DNA of 58,285 nucleotides from Candidatus Thorarchaeota archaeon (GCA_011364985.1 RDOC01000008.1:1-58285); one strand, 5' to 3'. Positions 1 to 11,163 are shown, counted from the stretch's first letter. Program-made: numbers and translations. Notes: generated by a model from the letters alone, not told the origin.

Positions 1-270
1 TTCTCAACTGCATTCTGGACTTCCACTGGGTCTGCATTCCAACCTGCCCAAATCTCCACTATGACATTCACATATTCGACATTATGCTTCTTCAGGATTC
101 TGCCAATGCCCGAGTATTCCAAAAACCACTTGTCGCTCTCTCTTAGTGCTTCGTGTTCAAAGTGCCCATACCTCTTGTCATACACTGCTTCTCTACATCG
201 CGCCCATCCGTAGCTCTCTACGATAATTGCATCTCCCTTGATTGCTTCTAGAACCCAAACTAGTCGGTGT
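1..270 (-). CDS. Partial ORF running off the left edge, possibly DUF362-like
   Basis: Open minus-strand frame ...LVWVLEAIKGDAIIVESYGWARCREAVYDKRYGHFEHEALRESDKWFLEYSGIGRILKKHNVEYVNV...; start unclear. Confidence 0.35.
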
Positions 271-535
271 GAAATACAAGGATTGTCCTGCGGCTTGGAG
301 GGCTATCAAAGTGAGGTTGGCCCAAGACGAAGTGGATTTGCTGAGGAATTGAGAGAAACCATCCTAAGGTTCGTTTGAATGCTGCATCTGAATCCATTTC
401 AGGAAACCAATCCCTTGCCCTTATCTATGCTAAGAAGGGAATGGACAGAGGCATGATTATTGAACAGCGGCGATTTTCCATCTTGCAGTTACTAGATATC
501 ATTACCTTTAGAAGCGTATCAACAACCGTGTTCCT

Positions 536-994
536 ATGACAGAGAAGTCAATTCAGGATATGTGGCCTGAGATTGCCACACATTGTTGGGGTTGCGGAAA
601 GAACAATGCCCACGGTCTTCAGCTAAAAAGCTATTGGAAAGGCAATATTGCTGTGGCAACTTTCGAACCAAAGGAGTACCATCTTGCCTTTCCTGGAGTC
701 ATGAATGGAGGAATCATTGCCACAATTATCGATTGCCATGCCACTGGTACTGCCAATGCGGCTGCACATCAAGAGGCAATTTCTGACGAGCATTTCATGT
801 ATGTTACCGGTTCTCTTACTGTGAAATACCTTCATCCAACACCTCTCTTTAGACCCGTCTCACTTAGAGCTTGGGTCAAGGAAAATGAAGGAAGGCGAAT
901 AAGGGTGGAATGTGAGCTATATTCTGGTGACCTAAAATGTGCTATTGGAGAGGTCGTGGCTATTAGAGTCGACCAAAGGCTATTCCTCACTTAG
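536..994 (+). CDS. PaaI-family hotdog-fold thioesterase
   Basis: CWGCGxxNxxGL and PGVMNGGIIATIIDCH motifs. Confidence 0.85.
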   Translation: MTEKSIQDMWPEIATHCWGCGKNNAHGLQLKSYWKGNIAVATFEPKEYHLAFPGVMNGGIIATIIDCHATGTANAAAHQEAISDEHFMYVTGSLTVKYLHPTPLFRPVSLRAWVKENEGRRIRVECELYSGDLKCAIGEVVAIRVDQRLFLT

Positions 995-1004
995 TAACAG
1001 CTGG

Positions 1005-1394
1005 TTAGTCTTCCTGGTTCTTGAAGTCTAATGCCACAGAGTTGATACAGTATCTAAGTCCAGTTGGATCTGGCCCGTCATTGAAGACATGACCAAGATG
1101 CCCTCCACACTTCTTGCAAGTGACTTCAGTCCTTGTCATCCCGTGACTTCTGTCTGTTTTGGTTTCTATGCTATCTTCAGACACCTTATCCCAAAATGAT
1201 GGCCATCCACTACCTGAATCGAATTTTGTTTCGGATGAAAAGAGCTTGTTTCTACACCCAGCACAGACATACATCCCTCTCTCCTTGTTGTATAGGAGCT
1301 TCCCTGAAAAGGGTCGTTCAGTTTCGCACTCTCTGAGTACTTTGTATTGCTCAGCGGTCAGTTCCAGTTTCCAATCTTTCTCTGCTTTTCCCAA
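1005..1394 (-). CDS. msrB: Peptide-methionine (R)-S-oxide reductase MsrB
   Basis: TERPF, KFDSGSGWPSF, CxxC pairs, GHLGHVFNDGP, RYCINS. Confidence 0.97.
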   Translation of the reverse strand: MGKAEKDWKLELTAEQYKVLRECETERPFSGKLLYNKERGMYVCAGCRNKLFSSETKFDSGSGWPSFWDKVSEDSIETKTDRSHGMTRTEVTCKKCGGHLGHVFNDGPDPTGLRYCINSVALDFKNQED

Positions 1395-1448
1395 TAGTAT
1401 CTCCTCTATTCACTATTGTTACTCTCCCAGATTACTTCTCCGATGTGG

Positions 1449-2288
1449 TCATTTTGTTGACTTGAAAGAAACCTTGACAGATTCAATGCTGGTGCCTAGA
1501 ATCGGGGGGTCTAGGTGCCCAAGGCCAAGTCCCTGTGCTTTCATGAGGTGAGGGACATCTTCGGGTTCGAATCCCATTATTCTTGCAAGAGTTGCATCTA
1601 CAGAAAGCGGGTCCTTCCCCAGAATGAACGCACCTATCTTCTTTGTTTTTGGTCCATTCCATCCTTTAACCCCAAATCGTGCGTCTATTATCGACAATTT
1701 CGGTCGAACAATACTGTTCATGTCAGATATCACATCATCGATGTGTGAGTGATAGAATCCTTGATCTTTTCGTGGCAAGAGCCCAAACTGATTTTTCAAT
1801 ACACCAGTGAGAACGGTCACATGATGGGTCTTTGCAAGTGCAACAGAAACGAAGTAACTCTCCTGAAGGATTTCTTGTGGCAATTCGGGGTCTATGAAAT
1901 AGACACCCTTGAACTCTGATCGCTTCAGTGATGACTTGCTGAGATTTGTCAGACAAAAGTCATACCCCTTTTTCAGGAAATTCTTTTCTAATTCGTTGTA
2001 TCCATACTTCGTGTAAGCCTCTTCAGCGAACTTGCTCTCGCTGTCGGACTCAACGACACGAATGCATAGACTGCTATCCTGTTTGAAGAAGTGGTTTGCA
2101 ATGGCTTCTATGACTTTCACATCAGTCACAGAGGACCCAGATTCATCCGATATTGTACAGATATTTGGCTTGATCAATACAGGGGATGAAATCTGACCAA
2201 GCCCTCCAAGCAAGTCTATTCCGTTACTGAGAACTTCTTCAATGTTCTCATTGGCTCTAATAATGGCTACTGGCTCGATTGAAGACAT
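1449..2288 (-). CDS. DUF362 domain protein
   Basis: VLIKPN, AKTH, LTGVLKNQFG, DPLSVDA motifs. Confidence 0.85.
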   Translation of the reverse strand: MSSIEPVAIIRANENIEEVLSNGIDLLGGLGQISSPVLIKPNICTISDESGSSVTDVKVIEAIANHFFKQDSSLCIRVVESDSESKFAEEAYTKYGYNELEKNFLKKGYDFCLTNLSKSSLKRSEFKGVYFIDPELPQEILQESYFVSVALAKTHHVTVLTGVLKNQFGLLPRKDQGFYHSHIDDVISDMNSIVRPKLSIIDARFGVKGWNGPKTKKIGAFILGKDPLSVDATLARIMGFEPEDVPHLMKAQGLGLGHLDPPILGTSIESVKVSFKSTK

Positions 2289-2393
2289 TGTGACTTCTTG
2301 TTGAAAAGCTCTGCTTTAAATGATGGTTTCGCAGCATCAAACATGTCCCTGTTTACAGAGACACCATTTAGTCTTATCAAGTTGGTTGGAATA

Positions 2394-3281
2394 ATGACTG
2401 CTATCGAGGAGGTCCGGATTCTTCTGTTAGCTGACGGAAATGTCAGGATAAGAGATGTATTGGGTGAATTCGGCTTTTGTGCTTTGGTTGATGTCCTCCA
2501 CGATAACAATTCCACATACCGCATTCTTTTCGATACAGGTAGTTCTACTCCTGCCATAAGACATAATCTTGAAGTTATGGAGGAGAATCTCTTCTCTGTT
2601 GACGTCATTGTTCTCAGTCATGGTCACAGTGATCATGTTGGAGGGCTGCCAGAGGTGCTTTCCATAAGCGAAAAGAAAATTCCAGTGATTTGCCACCCGA
2701 ATGCTTTGAAGCCCAAGTATCTCACAGAACCAGATGGCACAAGGTATAATGCTGGTATCCAAGATTACTTTACAAGAACTCAGCTGGAAACAGCTACAGC
2801 TGTCATCGAGTCTTCTGAGCCCTTCCGCCTGTGTGATGGTATCGTTACCACTGGTGAAGTTCCACGGACGAATGATTTCGAGAAGCTCACTGGTAATCTG
2901 ACCAAGATTACCACTGAGATGAATGGTAACGAGGTTTTTGATGAGCTCATTGATGATATCTCGATTGTATTCCAGATGGCTGATGATTCTATTGTAATTC
3001 TGGCCGGATGTTGTCACTCGGGAATTGTCAATACAACGCAGCATGCAATGAAATTGGCAGCAACATCTTCTGTGAAGGCAATTGTTGGTGGCCTTCATCT
3101 TCATGATGCTTCACAATATAGACTTGAAAAGACGGTTGATTTCCTCAGCGGCGTTTCCTTCTCCACGATTGCGCCATGCCACTGCACAGGGCTTCGTGGT
3201 CGGGCCGCTCTGATGAGAGCTTTTGAAGCGCAGTTCAAAGATATTGGTGTGGGTTCTTTACTAACCTTTATGTCTGACTAG
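2394..3281 (+). CDS. MBL-fold metallo-hydrolase (MJ0448-like dihydropterin-pathway family)
   Basis: ILFDTG, LSHGHSDHVGG, GCCHSG, GGLHL, PCHCTG; likely start ATG 2394. Confidence 0.85.
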   Translation: MTAIEEVRILLLADGNVRIRDVLGEFGFCALVDVLHDNNSTYRILFDTGSSTPAIRHNLEVMEENLFSVDVIVLSHGHSDHVGGLPEVLSISEKKIPVICHPNALKPKYLTEPDGTRYNAGIQDYFTRTQLETATAVIESSEPFRLCDGIVTTGEVPRTNDFEKLTGNLTKITTEMNGNEVFDELIDDISIVFQMADDSIVILAGCCHSGIVNTTQHAMKLAATSSVKAIVGGLHLHDASQYRLEKTVDFLSGVSFSTIAPCHCTGLRGRAALMRAFEAQFKDIGVGSLLTFMSD

Positions 3282-3937
3282 GATCAAGCTAGACCAAAGT
3301 CATTGACATTGAGCAGCGAAAGAGTAGTTTTGAGAGATCTTGTCATTCTAATCATTATATCCTCCGACATATTGAGATTAGGATCGAGGGTGACAACGGC
3401 GGTACTTGAATCGAGGACCACGAGTCTGCACCAGTTGTCCAGCAAGCGCTCCATGGATCTCCCTTCGAATTTTCTTTCTTTCATTCTGGCTTTTTGCACC
3501 AATGTTTCTTCTCTCATCCGAGAAGTTAAAGAAACCGCTGTCCCATTAATGGCCTTGGTTGGTATTCTTTATACTGAAGTTCCGATGTAAAGAGCTCTGG
3601 GACTCCATTGCAGTTGCCACTACAACGGCATCTCCTTAGTCTGTTGTCAGTTCGGTCATGCTTGAAGCTGGCTCTCTCAGAATATCTCTTCGTTGGGATC
3701 TAACATGGTTAATTTCCTTCCTCAACGTAATCACCCCATAGATGTATTGACAACGCATGTTGCAACATGCACTATTACTGACTGAGCATCTTCTCACGCA
3801 AATCGGACTTCTTTGTAGTTCCTTTATCTGAATCCTTTGATATTATATTCCAATCCAGTATTAGTTAGTAATACGTGCATTGTAACTTCATGTATCGTGT
3901 GTTCTTCCTACGAAGTCTGTGTGGATATTTGTACACC

Positions 3938-4582
3938 TTACTTACCAAATCCGATATCTTCAAAGAGGAATCCCAGACTCTTCTCTTCAATCAACTTGTG
4001 CATTCTTTCAGCCATTTCTCTAATCTCGAAATCAGCGTCATGTGCCATTCTTAAGGCAAAGAAGTTTCTCAAGGACCTAGCATTAATCGTAATTACTACG
4101 TCTGTGCGAGTTTCCTGAGTTAGCTTTCTCCTTGCCACATCAGGACCATAACCTTTCTCCAACCACTTGTTGTATATCTCGATTGTATGGCGTATGTCAG
4201 AAATCCACTCATCAAGGTCTTCCAGCTTTATCTGCCATGGAATGACAAACGACTCCACAGTCAATTCACGTTGCTTTCTCAGGCTCATCTGAGTGTACGA
4301 TGCCATGCGATGCCTTACCAGCTGATGCGATGCCACTCTAGAAATACTGACCCAGAATTGAAAGACGATATGTTCCAACACACTCTCATGTCCCCACTGA
4401 ATCATCTTCCTCAAGAACTCCTCTGCCTTCTCTTGGTTGATATCTTTAGAGAATTCCTCATAGCAAAGATCCTGTCTTGATACCATGCCTGCCGCAGCAG
4501 CATCAATTATACTCTGGGGACTGGGAACTCCTGATATTGTCCATCCTACGCTGATTCCAGTGGAATTCATCTCTTTAGGCAT
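3938..4582 (-). CDS. thyX: FAD-dependent thymidylate synthase
   Basis: GHESVLEH, ThyX motif QLVRHRMASYTQMSLR, NARSLRNFFALR. Confidence 0.92.
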   Translation of the reverse strand: MPKEMNSTGISVGWTISGVPSPQSIIDAAAAGMVSRQDLCYEEFSKDINQEKAEEFLRKMIQWGHESVLEHIVFQFWVSISRVASHQLVRHRMASYTQMSLRKQRELTVESFVIPWQIKLEDLDEWISDIRHTIEIYNKWLEKGYGPDVARRKLTQETRTDVVITINARSLRNFFALRMAHDADFEIREMAERMHKLIEEKSLGFLFEDIGFGK

Positions 4583-4641
4583 GATGATCGGGTCTGTCTC
4601 AATCTACTTAATATCCTTCCCAAGACAGATTGGGAACGCGC

Positions 4642-5010
4642 CTACTCGTACAAGATCTCTTCGCTCATCTTGACCTTGCCATCTTCGATTGGTACTCCTT
4701 CTTTGGCGACCAAGATTCTTCGTTCAGCAGCTCTTTCTGGGTCGCCTCCAAAGCCCCCGTCGCTCTTTACTACACGATGACACGGCACAACTGGGTGAAG
4801 AGGATTCTTATGTAATGCATTAGCAACAGCACGATAAGACTTCGGCGCTCCAATTCTCTTTGCGATTCTTCCGTAGGTACTGATTTTTCCTTTCGGTATC
4901 TTGAAGGTTGCCACATAGACCTCGATTCCGAATCTATTCCAACCAGCAAGAGCATTCCTTATGTCTTCTTCAGACTTTATCTCTGGTAGATTCATACTTA
5001 CATCCTTCAT
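4642..5010 (-). CDS. ogt: Methylated-DNA-protein-cysteine methyltransferase (MGMT/Ogt, C-terminal domain only)
   Basis: IPKGKISTYG, RAVANAL, NP..PVVPCHRVV with active-site Cys. Confidence 0.85.
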   Translation of the reverse strand: MKDVSMNLPEIKSEEDIRNALAGWNRFGIEVYVATFKIPKGKISTYGRIAKRIGAPKSYRAVANALHKNPLHPVVPCHRVVKSDGGFGGDPERAAERRILVAKEGVPIEDGKVKMSEEILYE

Positions 5011-5691
5011 TAGTTGGCAGTCTAGATTTCATGTATCAAATTGTTGAAAGGCGATAAAACTATCGCTTGATTTTGCAACGAGAATCAACAACGATTTGAT
5101 ATATGACTCATCTTACGTAGTCAACGTTCAGACAAGATGAACTAACGTTGCAAAGACACCGTCTCTGGTAACTAAGACACAGCTGAAGCAACAATGCCAT
5201 TCTACCAATCCGGATGCCCTTTTCAAGTACTGCATGTTAATGTGCCTATTGAAGAAATGGGTGTTGCAGCCTTTGAGTGCATCATGCCTTCCTTAGCATG
5301 CTTTTCCATTCACCGCCAACATCACCGCCTATTGTAGCTATAATGTTTTGCGAGGTTTGGGAGTCTGCCTGAGGCATAAGAGAATCACAGATATTACAAT
5401 TCCAACGCTGATGAGTCCAATAGTAAGCGGCCCACTAAGAATTGGTGCTGCAACTACCGGACTATTGACCGCTCCTGCGAGTATGAGAAGTGCAAGAGAG
5501 AGAGATTGTGGTTGATGGTTGTATCCCGACATTCTTTTCGCGCTGCATCATTGCTATAATGCTGCTTTCTTTGTTCGCCCTCAATGGCCCTTTTGATTGA
5601 TATTGACACAGTTACACCATTGAATTGGGCCTAAATGAGAGAGTAAGTGTCTTCTCATCGGTGTAACATAAACTCCGTATATCTCTCGATG

Positions 5692-6516
5692 TTAGCACTC
5701 AGGAATGGTATACTCACCATTGTCCGTGCAAGCTACTAAGCCTTCGGAAACAAGTTGACCAAGAGCTTCTCGCACTTCGTTAGGATTGCTGCATTCAATG
5801 TCCAACTGAGATACAAGTTCATTCAGACTTAGAGTGTCTGTAAACGTCAATACACGAACAATGGCGCCTCGAAGCTGCCTGCTCGACCTCTCGAATCGTG
5901 GCTGGCTAGATGTAGGAGCAATTCTAGTTGTCCTAGCTGTCTGCACTGTTGCTCCCAGGTCCATCAAGGCATTGTGCCAATCACAGGAGCGGCCCTTGGG
6001 CAGCAGATGTTCAGCAACATCCTGCAACTCTGTTTCAGACATCTCTTCAGTTGCATACCCATTGGCAATGAGAACACGACGAATATTGGTGTCAATTGTA
6101 ACAAGATCCTGATTGAAAGCAAAGATCAGAATCGAACGAGAAGTATACGGGCCAAGTCCTTTTAGCTTTCTAAGTTCCTCCACATTTTGTGGAAACTCGC
6201 CCAACTCAACTAGTTGTTGTGCAGCTTCTCGTAGCCATAGTGCCCGTCTATTGTATCCAAGTCCACTCCAAACTTGGAGAAGACTCCTCGTGTCAGCTTC
6301 AGCCAAATCTTTTAGCGTAGGGAACGCGTTCATGAATTCGTGGTATTTTGGTATTACCCGACTCACCTGAGTCTGCTGTAGCATCACTTCCGATATCAAA
6401 ACATTGTAGGGACTGTTGTTTCTTCTCCATGGCAAATCTCTTGAGTTTGTCTTCCACCAAGTCAACACTTTGTTTTGAAATTTGCATATTGAAGTAGAAC
6501 TGACCCCGGAAGCCAA
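5692..6516 (-). CDS. A/G-specific adenine glycosylase, MutY-like HhH-GPD, without Fe-S motif
   Basis: RDLPWR, ISEVMLQQTQV, WSGLGYNRRA, LKGLGPYT (HhH), IDTNIRRV. Confidence 0.85.
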   Translation of the reverse strand: MASGVSSTSICKFQNKVLTWWKTNSRDLPWRRNNSPYNVLISEVMLQQTQVSRVIPKYHEFMNAFPTLKDLAEADTRSLLQVWSGLGYNRRALWLREAAQQLVELGEFPQNVEELRKLKGLGPYTSRSILIFAFNQDLVTIDTNIRRVLIANGYATEEMSETELQDVAEHLLPKGRSCDWHNALMDLGATVQTARTTRIAPTSSQPRFERSSRQLRGAIVRVLTFTDTLSLNELVSQLDIECSNPNEVREALGQLVSEGLVACTDNGEYTIPEC

Positions 6517-6737
6517 TAGATATCACTCACAATGCAGTTGTTTGGCATTATTTTTCGGCCGTAAGCATTGTCTTTTCGATTGGCAAATATATGACTTGAG
6601 TTGTGGTCCGTGGAAGGTAGTATCGTTCAAATACTTTAATCAGATTCCCACATGTGTTCATTTAGTGATATAGGCAAAATTCCTCTGACTCCTTCAAATG
6701 GATATACCAATTCCAAATAGAGTGTGGAAGTGTTGTC

Positions 6738-8045
6738 GTGAAACAGAATTCATCCCAAAATGTTGAGGATATTGTCGAAAGTACAAGTCCAATACCCTTC
6801 ACTGCACGGCTTATTGCCTACTACAGGGCTCAAGAAACAAATAGCGAATCGCCTCTGATTATCGATCCCCTCGCAGAATTGCTTGTTGGTGACTTATCTT
6901 CTTATGTTTCCAAACATAGACATACTGCAGGTTCTCGTGACTATGCAATAGTTCGCTCCTATCATATTGAGAAGGTAATTCTGTCTAATTGGTGCAAAAA
7001 TCATGTGATGTCTCAAATTGTACTCTTGGGAGCAGGCTTGGACACCAGGGCATATCGTTTTCAGCCCCTATGTGTGAATTCGCATACTGTCTTTGAAGTT
7101 GACCTCTCCGTTGTCAATCAATACAAAGAGCGTATTCTTCTTGACAAACAACCGCTCTGCTCTCTTATCCGTGTTTCCACCGATCTCTCAAATCCTGAAT
7201 GGCCCGACCATATGCTGGCGAGTGGCTATTCGAAAGATATTCCCACAATTTGGATTTTAGAGGGACTAGTCTATTACATTGAGCAGGATAGAGTCATCAG
7301 TCTTCTTAGCACAGCACATCAAATGAGTGCTGAAGGGAGTGAAATCTTCCTAGATGTCGCAACTCACGGATTGGCCAAGGCAAAATACGGAGCCTTCATG
7401 AAGCATTTCAAATGGGGCCTAGCTTTAGAAGAAGCCCCTGCCTTCTTCCGCAGCTTGGGATGGCATGTTGATTGCTCCTTTGCCGATGATTATGATCAGG
7501 GTAGGAATGTTGGCCAAAGAGCGCTGATATTTGTCCATGGACACAGAGGGTCAATTTTGCATGACGAAGAAGTCGTATCGGAATCGAGGATTGAAGCAGA
7601 TTTGACACCTCAGGAGTTCGTAAGATCCTTTTCACGTAATCACTTGTCTACAATTGCAAAAGTGAGCAATACATACGCGGCAGATACTAGCCGTGGCTAT
7701 GAGGCCTTTCTGGATTTTCTAAAGGAAATCAAACCAGCTATCATGAAAATCGTGGATGATCTTTCAAACCCAGCTCTGGTTCTACGGGTGGCACCAAGAC
7801 TACAGAGAGTTCCTCAAGTCTTGAATTCGAATGTCGAACGCAAGTCCTCTGAAGAGGAGAAATCCTTTGTATCTGGGGTTCTCTACGAGTTGCTTGCTCT
7901 TCTCTATTGTGCCATTCATGGTTTGCGAGTCTGGGAGTTGCAAGAGACCCCACTCTACAAAGAGATTGAGAAAAGTCGAGTACTGGGACTCCACGGTATT
8001 GAACCATTAACAAAATTGCTATTGAAGGAACTAAACAAGCCATAG
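6738..8045 (+). CDS. Class I SAM methyltransferase (LCM/TIGR00027-like) with C-terminal extension
   Basis: QIVLLGAGLDTRAYR, FEVD, WILEGLVYY. Confidence 0.8.
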   Translation: MKQNSSQNVEDIVESTSPIPFTARLIAYYRAQETNSESPLIIDPLAELLVGDLSSYVSKHRHTAGSRDYAIVRSYHIEKVILSNWCKNHVMSQIVLLGAGLDTRAYRFQPLCVNSHTVFEVDLSVVNQYKERILLDKQPLCSLIRVSTDLSNPEWPDHMLASGYSKDIPTIWILEGLVYYIEQDRVISLLSTAHQMSAEGSEIFLDVATHGLAKAKYGAFMKHFKWGLALEEAPAFFRSLGWHVDCSFADDYDQGRNVGQRALIFVHGHRGSILHDEEVVSESRIEADLTPQEFVRSFSRNHLSTIAKVSNTYAADTSRGYEAFLDFLKEIKPAIMKIVDDLSNPALVLRVAPRLQRVPQVLNSNVERKSSEEEKSFVSGVLYELLALLYCAIHGLRVWELQETPLYKEIEKSRVLGLHGIEPLTKLLLKELNKP

Positions 8046-8047
8046 CG

Positions 8048-8941
8048 TTGTCGATAGGACATTGCGCCAAACTGACAGCTCTATATGCGGTGATGCGTTA
8101 TGAAGATTGGGTATTAATTGAGATGGATGAGATGACGCTTGAACCCAGAACGTGGGGGTCATGTTGGGATCACTTTGGCGCCCGCCTAGTTGATTTGGTT
8201 GAACCATCAGTGGGGTCTCTAGTTCTTGATATTGGGACAGGTGGTGGTGCCTCACTATATCCTGCAGCAAAGCGCGTTGGTCCAAAAGGGCATGTCACTG
8301 GAATTGAAACGTGTGAAAGCTGCTTCAACCGCACATCCGGGGAAATCGAACGCTGCAGGATACACAATGCAGAGATCAAGTTCATGGATGCCTGTGAGAT
8401 GTCCTTCGAGGACGAATCTTTTGATTTTGCTATTTCTGGATTTATTGGATGGGATAACTATTTCGACTTTGAAGAGGACAAGCATATTGCCGAAGATGCA
8501 ATAATGTCGGAAGTGTTTCGTGTTCTCAAGAAAGGCGGGATAGTTGGATTCAGTGGATGGGCCAAGGCTGATGCCTCTGTCATTATGAGAAAGCTGCTCC
8601 TTACTTATCTCCCATCTGACTCCTTTCATATATCCAATGTCAAGGCTTGGTCTCACACGGAAACAAAACGCGGATGGGAAAAAATACTGTCAAAGGCGGG
8701 CTTTGTCAATATCAAAACTTGGGTCGAGGAATATGACATGGTATACTCATCAAAGGATGAATGGTGGCAAGAAGTTGTAGATCTTGACTGGCAGGAGGTA
8801 ATGGAATACCTTGAACACAATGCGATTGTTTCTGTGGCAGAGCTGAAGAAACAGGCATTTTTCCTTCTTAATGATTACGAGAAGCCCGATGGAGTACACC
8901 AAGCAAGAAACGCAGTCTTGGCAATCGGAACCAAGCCATAA
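8048..8941 (+). CDS. Class I SAM-dependent methyltransferase (UbiE-like)
   Basis: VLDIGTGGG, FEDESFDF, FRVLKKGG; true start may lie downstream. Confidence 0.8.
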   Translation: MSIGHCAKLTALYAVMRYEDWVLIEMDEMTLEPRTWGSCWDHFGARLVDLVEPSVGSLVLDIGTGGGASLYPAAKRVGPKGHVTGIETCESCFNRTSGEIERCRIHNAEIKFMDACEMSFEDESFDFAISGFIGWDNYFDFEEDKHIAEDAIMSEVFRVLKKGGIVGFSGWAKADASVIMRKLLLTYLPSDSFHISNVKAWSHTETKRGWEKILSKAGFVNIKTWVEEYDMVYSSKDEWWQEVVDLDWQEVMEYLEHNAIVSVAELKKQAFFLLNDYEKPDGVHQARNAVLAIGTKP

Positions 8942-9015
8942 CAAGCATTCTGTAGGCTACAGGTTATTGCTAAATTGAATTCTAACCAAAGTCAACTTGG
9001 TATTGCTTAAAGCTG

Positions 9016-10269
9016 CTAGTAGAACGGATCTACCTTGGCATCTAGTTTTGGAAAGAGCGCTCTGACCAGGGGTCTCATAACAAATCTACACTGAACATCA
9101 GGCTCGTGACTCGACAACTCGTCAAATGTTTCATAACCCATCAACAATCTAGTCAGCGATGGTGTTGGTGCTCGCAAATCGAAAGATTCAATCTTCTTAT
9201 CAGGTATCTCTCGCAAAGCCTTGAACTTGCCCCTTCCGAACATAATGCCATATCCCTCCTTGTAGTTTGTAAACGTTAATTCTCCGGTGAAGCCTCTCCA
9301 TTCCGTTCTCAGCAGTCTCTCTGAAAGAATTGAGCCCATGTTGTCAAAGAATCGGGTCAATGATGGAATTTTCACATACCATGCGTATCTCGGCGCGAGA
9401 GAGTTTCTTGTGATAGCATACAAGAACTCCTCCACTTGGGTTTGAGAAGGAGGAATGACTCTGAATGGAAGGCCATTCCATTGTTTCGATTTACTATTCA
9501 CATAGTGAAGGATTGGAACTAGAAGCGTATGGTTCTCCAAGTATAGCTCCCCTACATCAATTCTTGATTCCCAGCGATTGATGAAGAAGCAACCGACAGT
9601 CTTCCTGCGTTTCTTTGCCAAGTAGAAACTCATTGCCTCATGAGCTGGATCGGTAACATGCATTGAGTGATATTCATAATCCTCAACGCGAAGTGTCTGA
9701 AGCCATGTGCTTTTTGGAAGGCGTTTCTCTCGGAATTCCAAGAACTCCCTAAATGTTTCAATATCAACCTCTTTAATTGACACGCGTTCTTCTTCATTTT
9801 CGCTGAGCTTCGGTATTAATGCTGGCGCAACAAATATGCCCCCTCCAAGCTGGGCAGCGAATTCATAACCGAATCTCTTGTAGAATTGTGGAATTCCAGC
9901 AATCACCATAATTGTTGGACTTATTTCTTTGACACGTTTTTCATACTCATCATTCAGTTTCTTGATGAGTCCTCGGCCTCGATAATTGTCCAGAGTGCCT
10001 ACAACTTCCATTTGAACCGAAGGAAATTCAATTCCATCTAGTGTCCAAGATCCCTTCAGGAGAATTAAATGTGCTGCAATCTCTCCGGAGGTTTTATCTT
10101 CCACTAGAAAGACATCTTTCCATTCAAAACGTGGGTTCTTCTCATACATACCCCTGACAAGGTCTATAACCTCCTCTCCATGCACCCTGCGTATATGCTC
10201 TATGATTGCAGGAAGGTCTTTGACCTTGCCATTGCGCAAGATAAGATTCTTCTCCAATTCTTTGGGCAT
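9016..10269 (-). CDS. GNAT N-acetyltransferase (Eis-like)
   Basis: VGTLDNYRGRGL acetyl-CoA motif, FYKRFGYE, Eis-like length. Confidence 0.75.
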   Translation of the reverse strand: MPKELEKNLILRNGKVKDLPAIIEHIRRVHGEEVIDLVRGMYEKNPRFEWKDVFLVEDKTSGEIAAHLILLKGSWTLDGIEFPSVQMEVVGTLDNYRGRGLIKKLNDEYEKRVKEISPTIMVIAGIPQFYKRFGYEFAAQLGGGIFVAPALIPKLSENEEERVSIKEVDIETFREFLEFREKRLPKSTWLQTLRVEDYEYHSMHVTDPAHEAMSFYLAKKRRKTVGCFFINRWESRIDVGELYLENHTLLVPILHYVNSKSKQWNGLPFRVIPPSQTQVEEFLYAITRNSLAPRYAWYVKIPSLTRFFDNMGSILSERLLRTEWRGFTGELTFTNYKEGYGIMFGRGKFKALREIPDKKIESFDLRAPTPSLTRLLMGYETFDELSSHEPDVQCRFVMRPLVRALFPKLDAKVDPFY

Positions 10270-10483
10270 AATAGCAGTAACGATCCTGTCCCGTTTATAG
10301 TTGATGAGAAGATCGGATTGTCAGAAAAACCCATTGAAAATCTCTTGATTCTGCTTCCATATGTTCGGCCACCGTTCTACAGAGGCCTCAATACATATCT
10401 TTGGTCATTGGAGTATCTGTAAACACTCAAACTAGATAAGAGAAGAATTCGAAGTCAAATGTAGGGAATCCCTACAAAATCAA

Positions 10484-11074
10484 GTGGCGATGAATCTGGC
10501 GAAACGGGAACAGCTAATAGCAGTAAATCACTCACGAATTGTGTTTCCGGATCAGTGTCCTGTCTGTGGAAAACCTGCGACAGACCATGGTGCAATACCT
10601 GCAGTTCCCAGAACCGACCGAATGCAGGCTCAGAAGATGTATGGAGGATCCTTTCCGAGTTCGAGAGTTGTGACTTCCACTCGCTCTATGCCTATGACGC
10701 GGACCGTTGCGTCAATAACTGTTCCAACATGTGAATTGCATGCTATCTCGCTGGAGGAACTTGGAAGAACTAGAGGCCCACTCTCCTTAATCAATGGTCT
10801 TTTCATAATGGCCACGCTTGTTCTCAGCCCCTTTACATTGCTTGCACTTATCGCAGGTATTCCTGTCAATCCAAATTTGCTGGTGCTAATAGTCTTGACA
10901 GGATTTCTGGCTGTTGTCACATACTACTTCTCGGGTCCAACATCGCTTGAGCGAGCCATTTCGATCTTGGACATTGGTTCTGAGATGATGATCTTACGGA
11001 TTTCCAATGATGATTATGCAGCAGAGCTACTAAGACTGAATCCAATGACCGCAAACCGTCTAGCATCACAATGA
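10484..11074 (+). CDS. Hypothetical membrane protein with CxxC/CxxH zinc ribbon
   Basis: FPDQCPVCG...PTCELH, two TM segments. Confidence 0.65.
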   Translation: MAMNLAKREQLIAVNHSRIVFPDQCPVCGKPATDHGAIPAVPRTDRMQAQKMYGGSFPSSRVVTSTRSMPMTRTVASITVPTCELHAISLEELGRTRGPLSLINGLFIMATLVLSPFTLLALIAGIPVNPNLLVLIVLTGFLAVVTYYFSGPTSLERAISILDIGSEMMILRISNDDYAAELLRLNPMTANRLASQ

Positions 11075-11163
11075 AGAGACCATGCCATGCAACTCCTTCA
11101 CTCAATATCAGGAATAGTTATTTCATCTGACTTAGTCTACTTCCTGCCAGAGAGGTCCTTAAC

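Noticed and set aside
1005-1394. Selenoprotein MsrB
   Set aside because: The catalytic position is an ordinary Cys (RYCINS), with no in-frame TGA.
2427-3104. Long antisense or shadow ORFs (e.g. 2427-3104, 37290-37823, 43319-43783, 49091-49492)
   Set aside because: They overlap better-supported genes on the other strand and show no recognisable motifs.
3284-3840. Possible gene between the MBL hydrolase and thyX
   Set aside because: Only short broken frames with no recognisable family; possibly decayed, but not supportable.
10460-10476. 8-bp inverted repeat TGTAGGGA-a-TCCCTACA before ORF 10484
   Set aside because: Single short occurrence with no identifiable cognate regulator.
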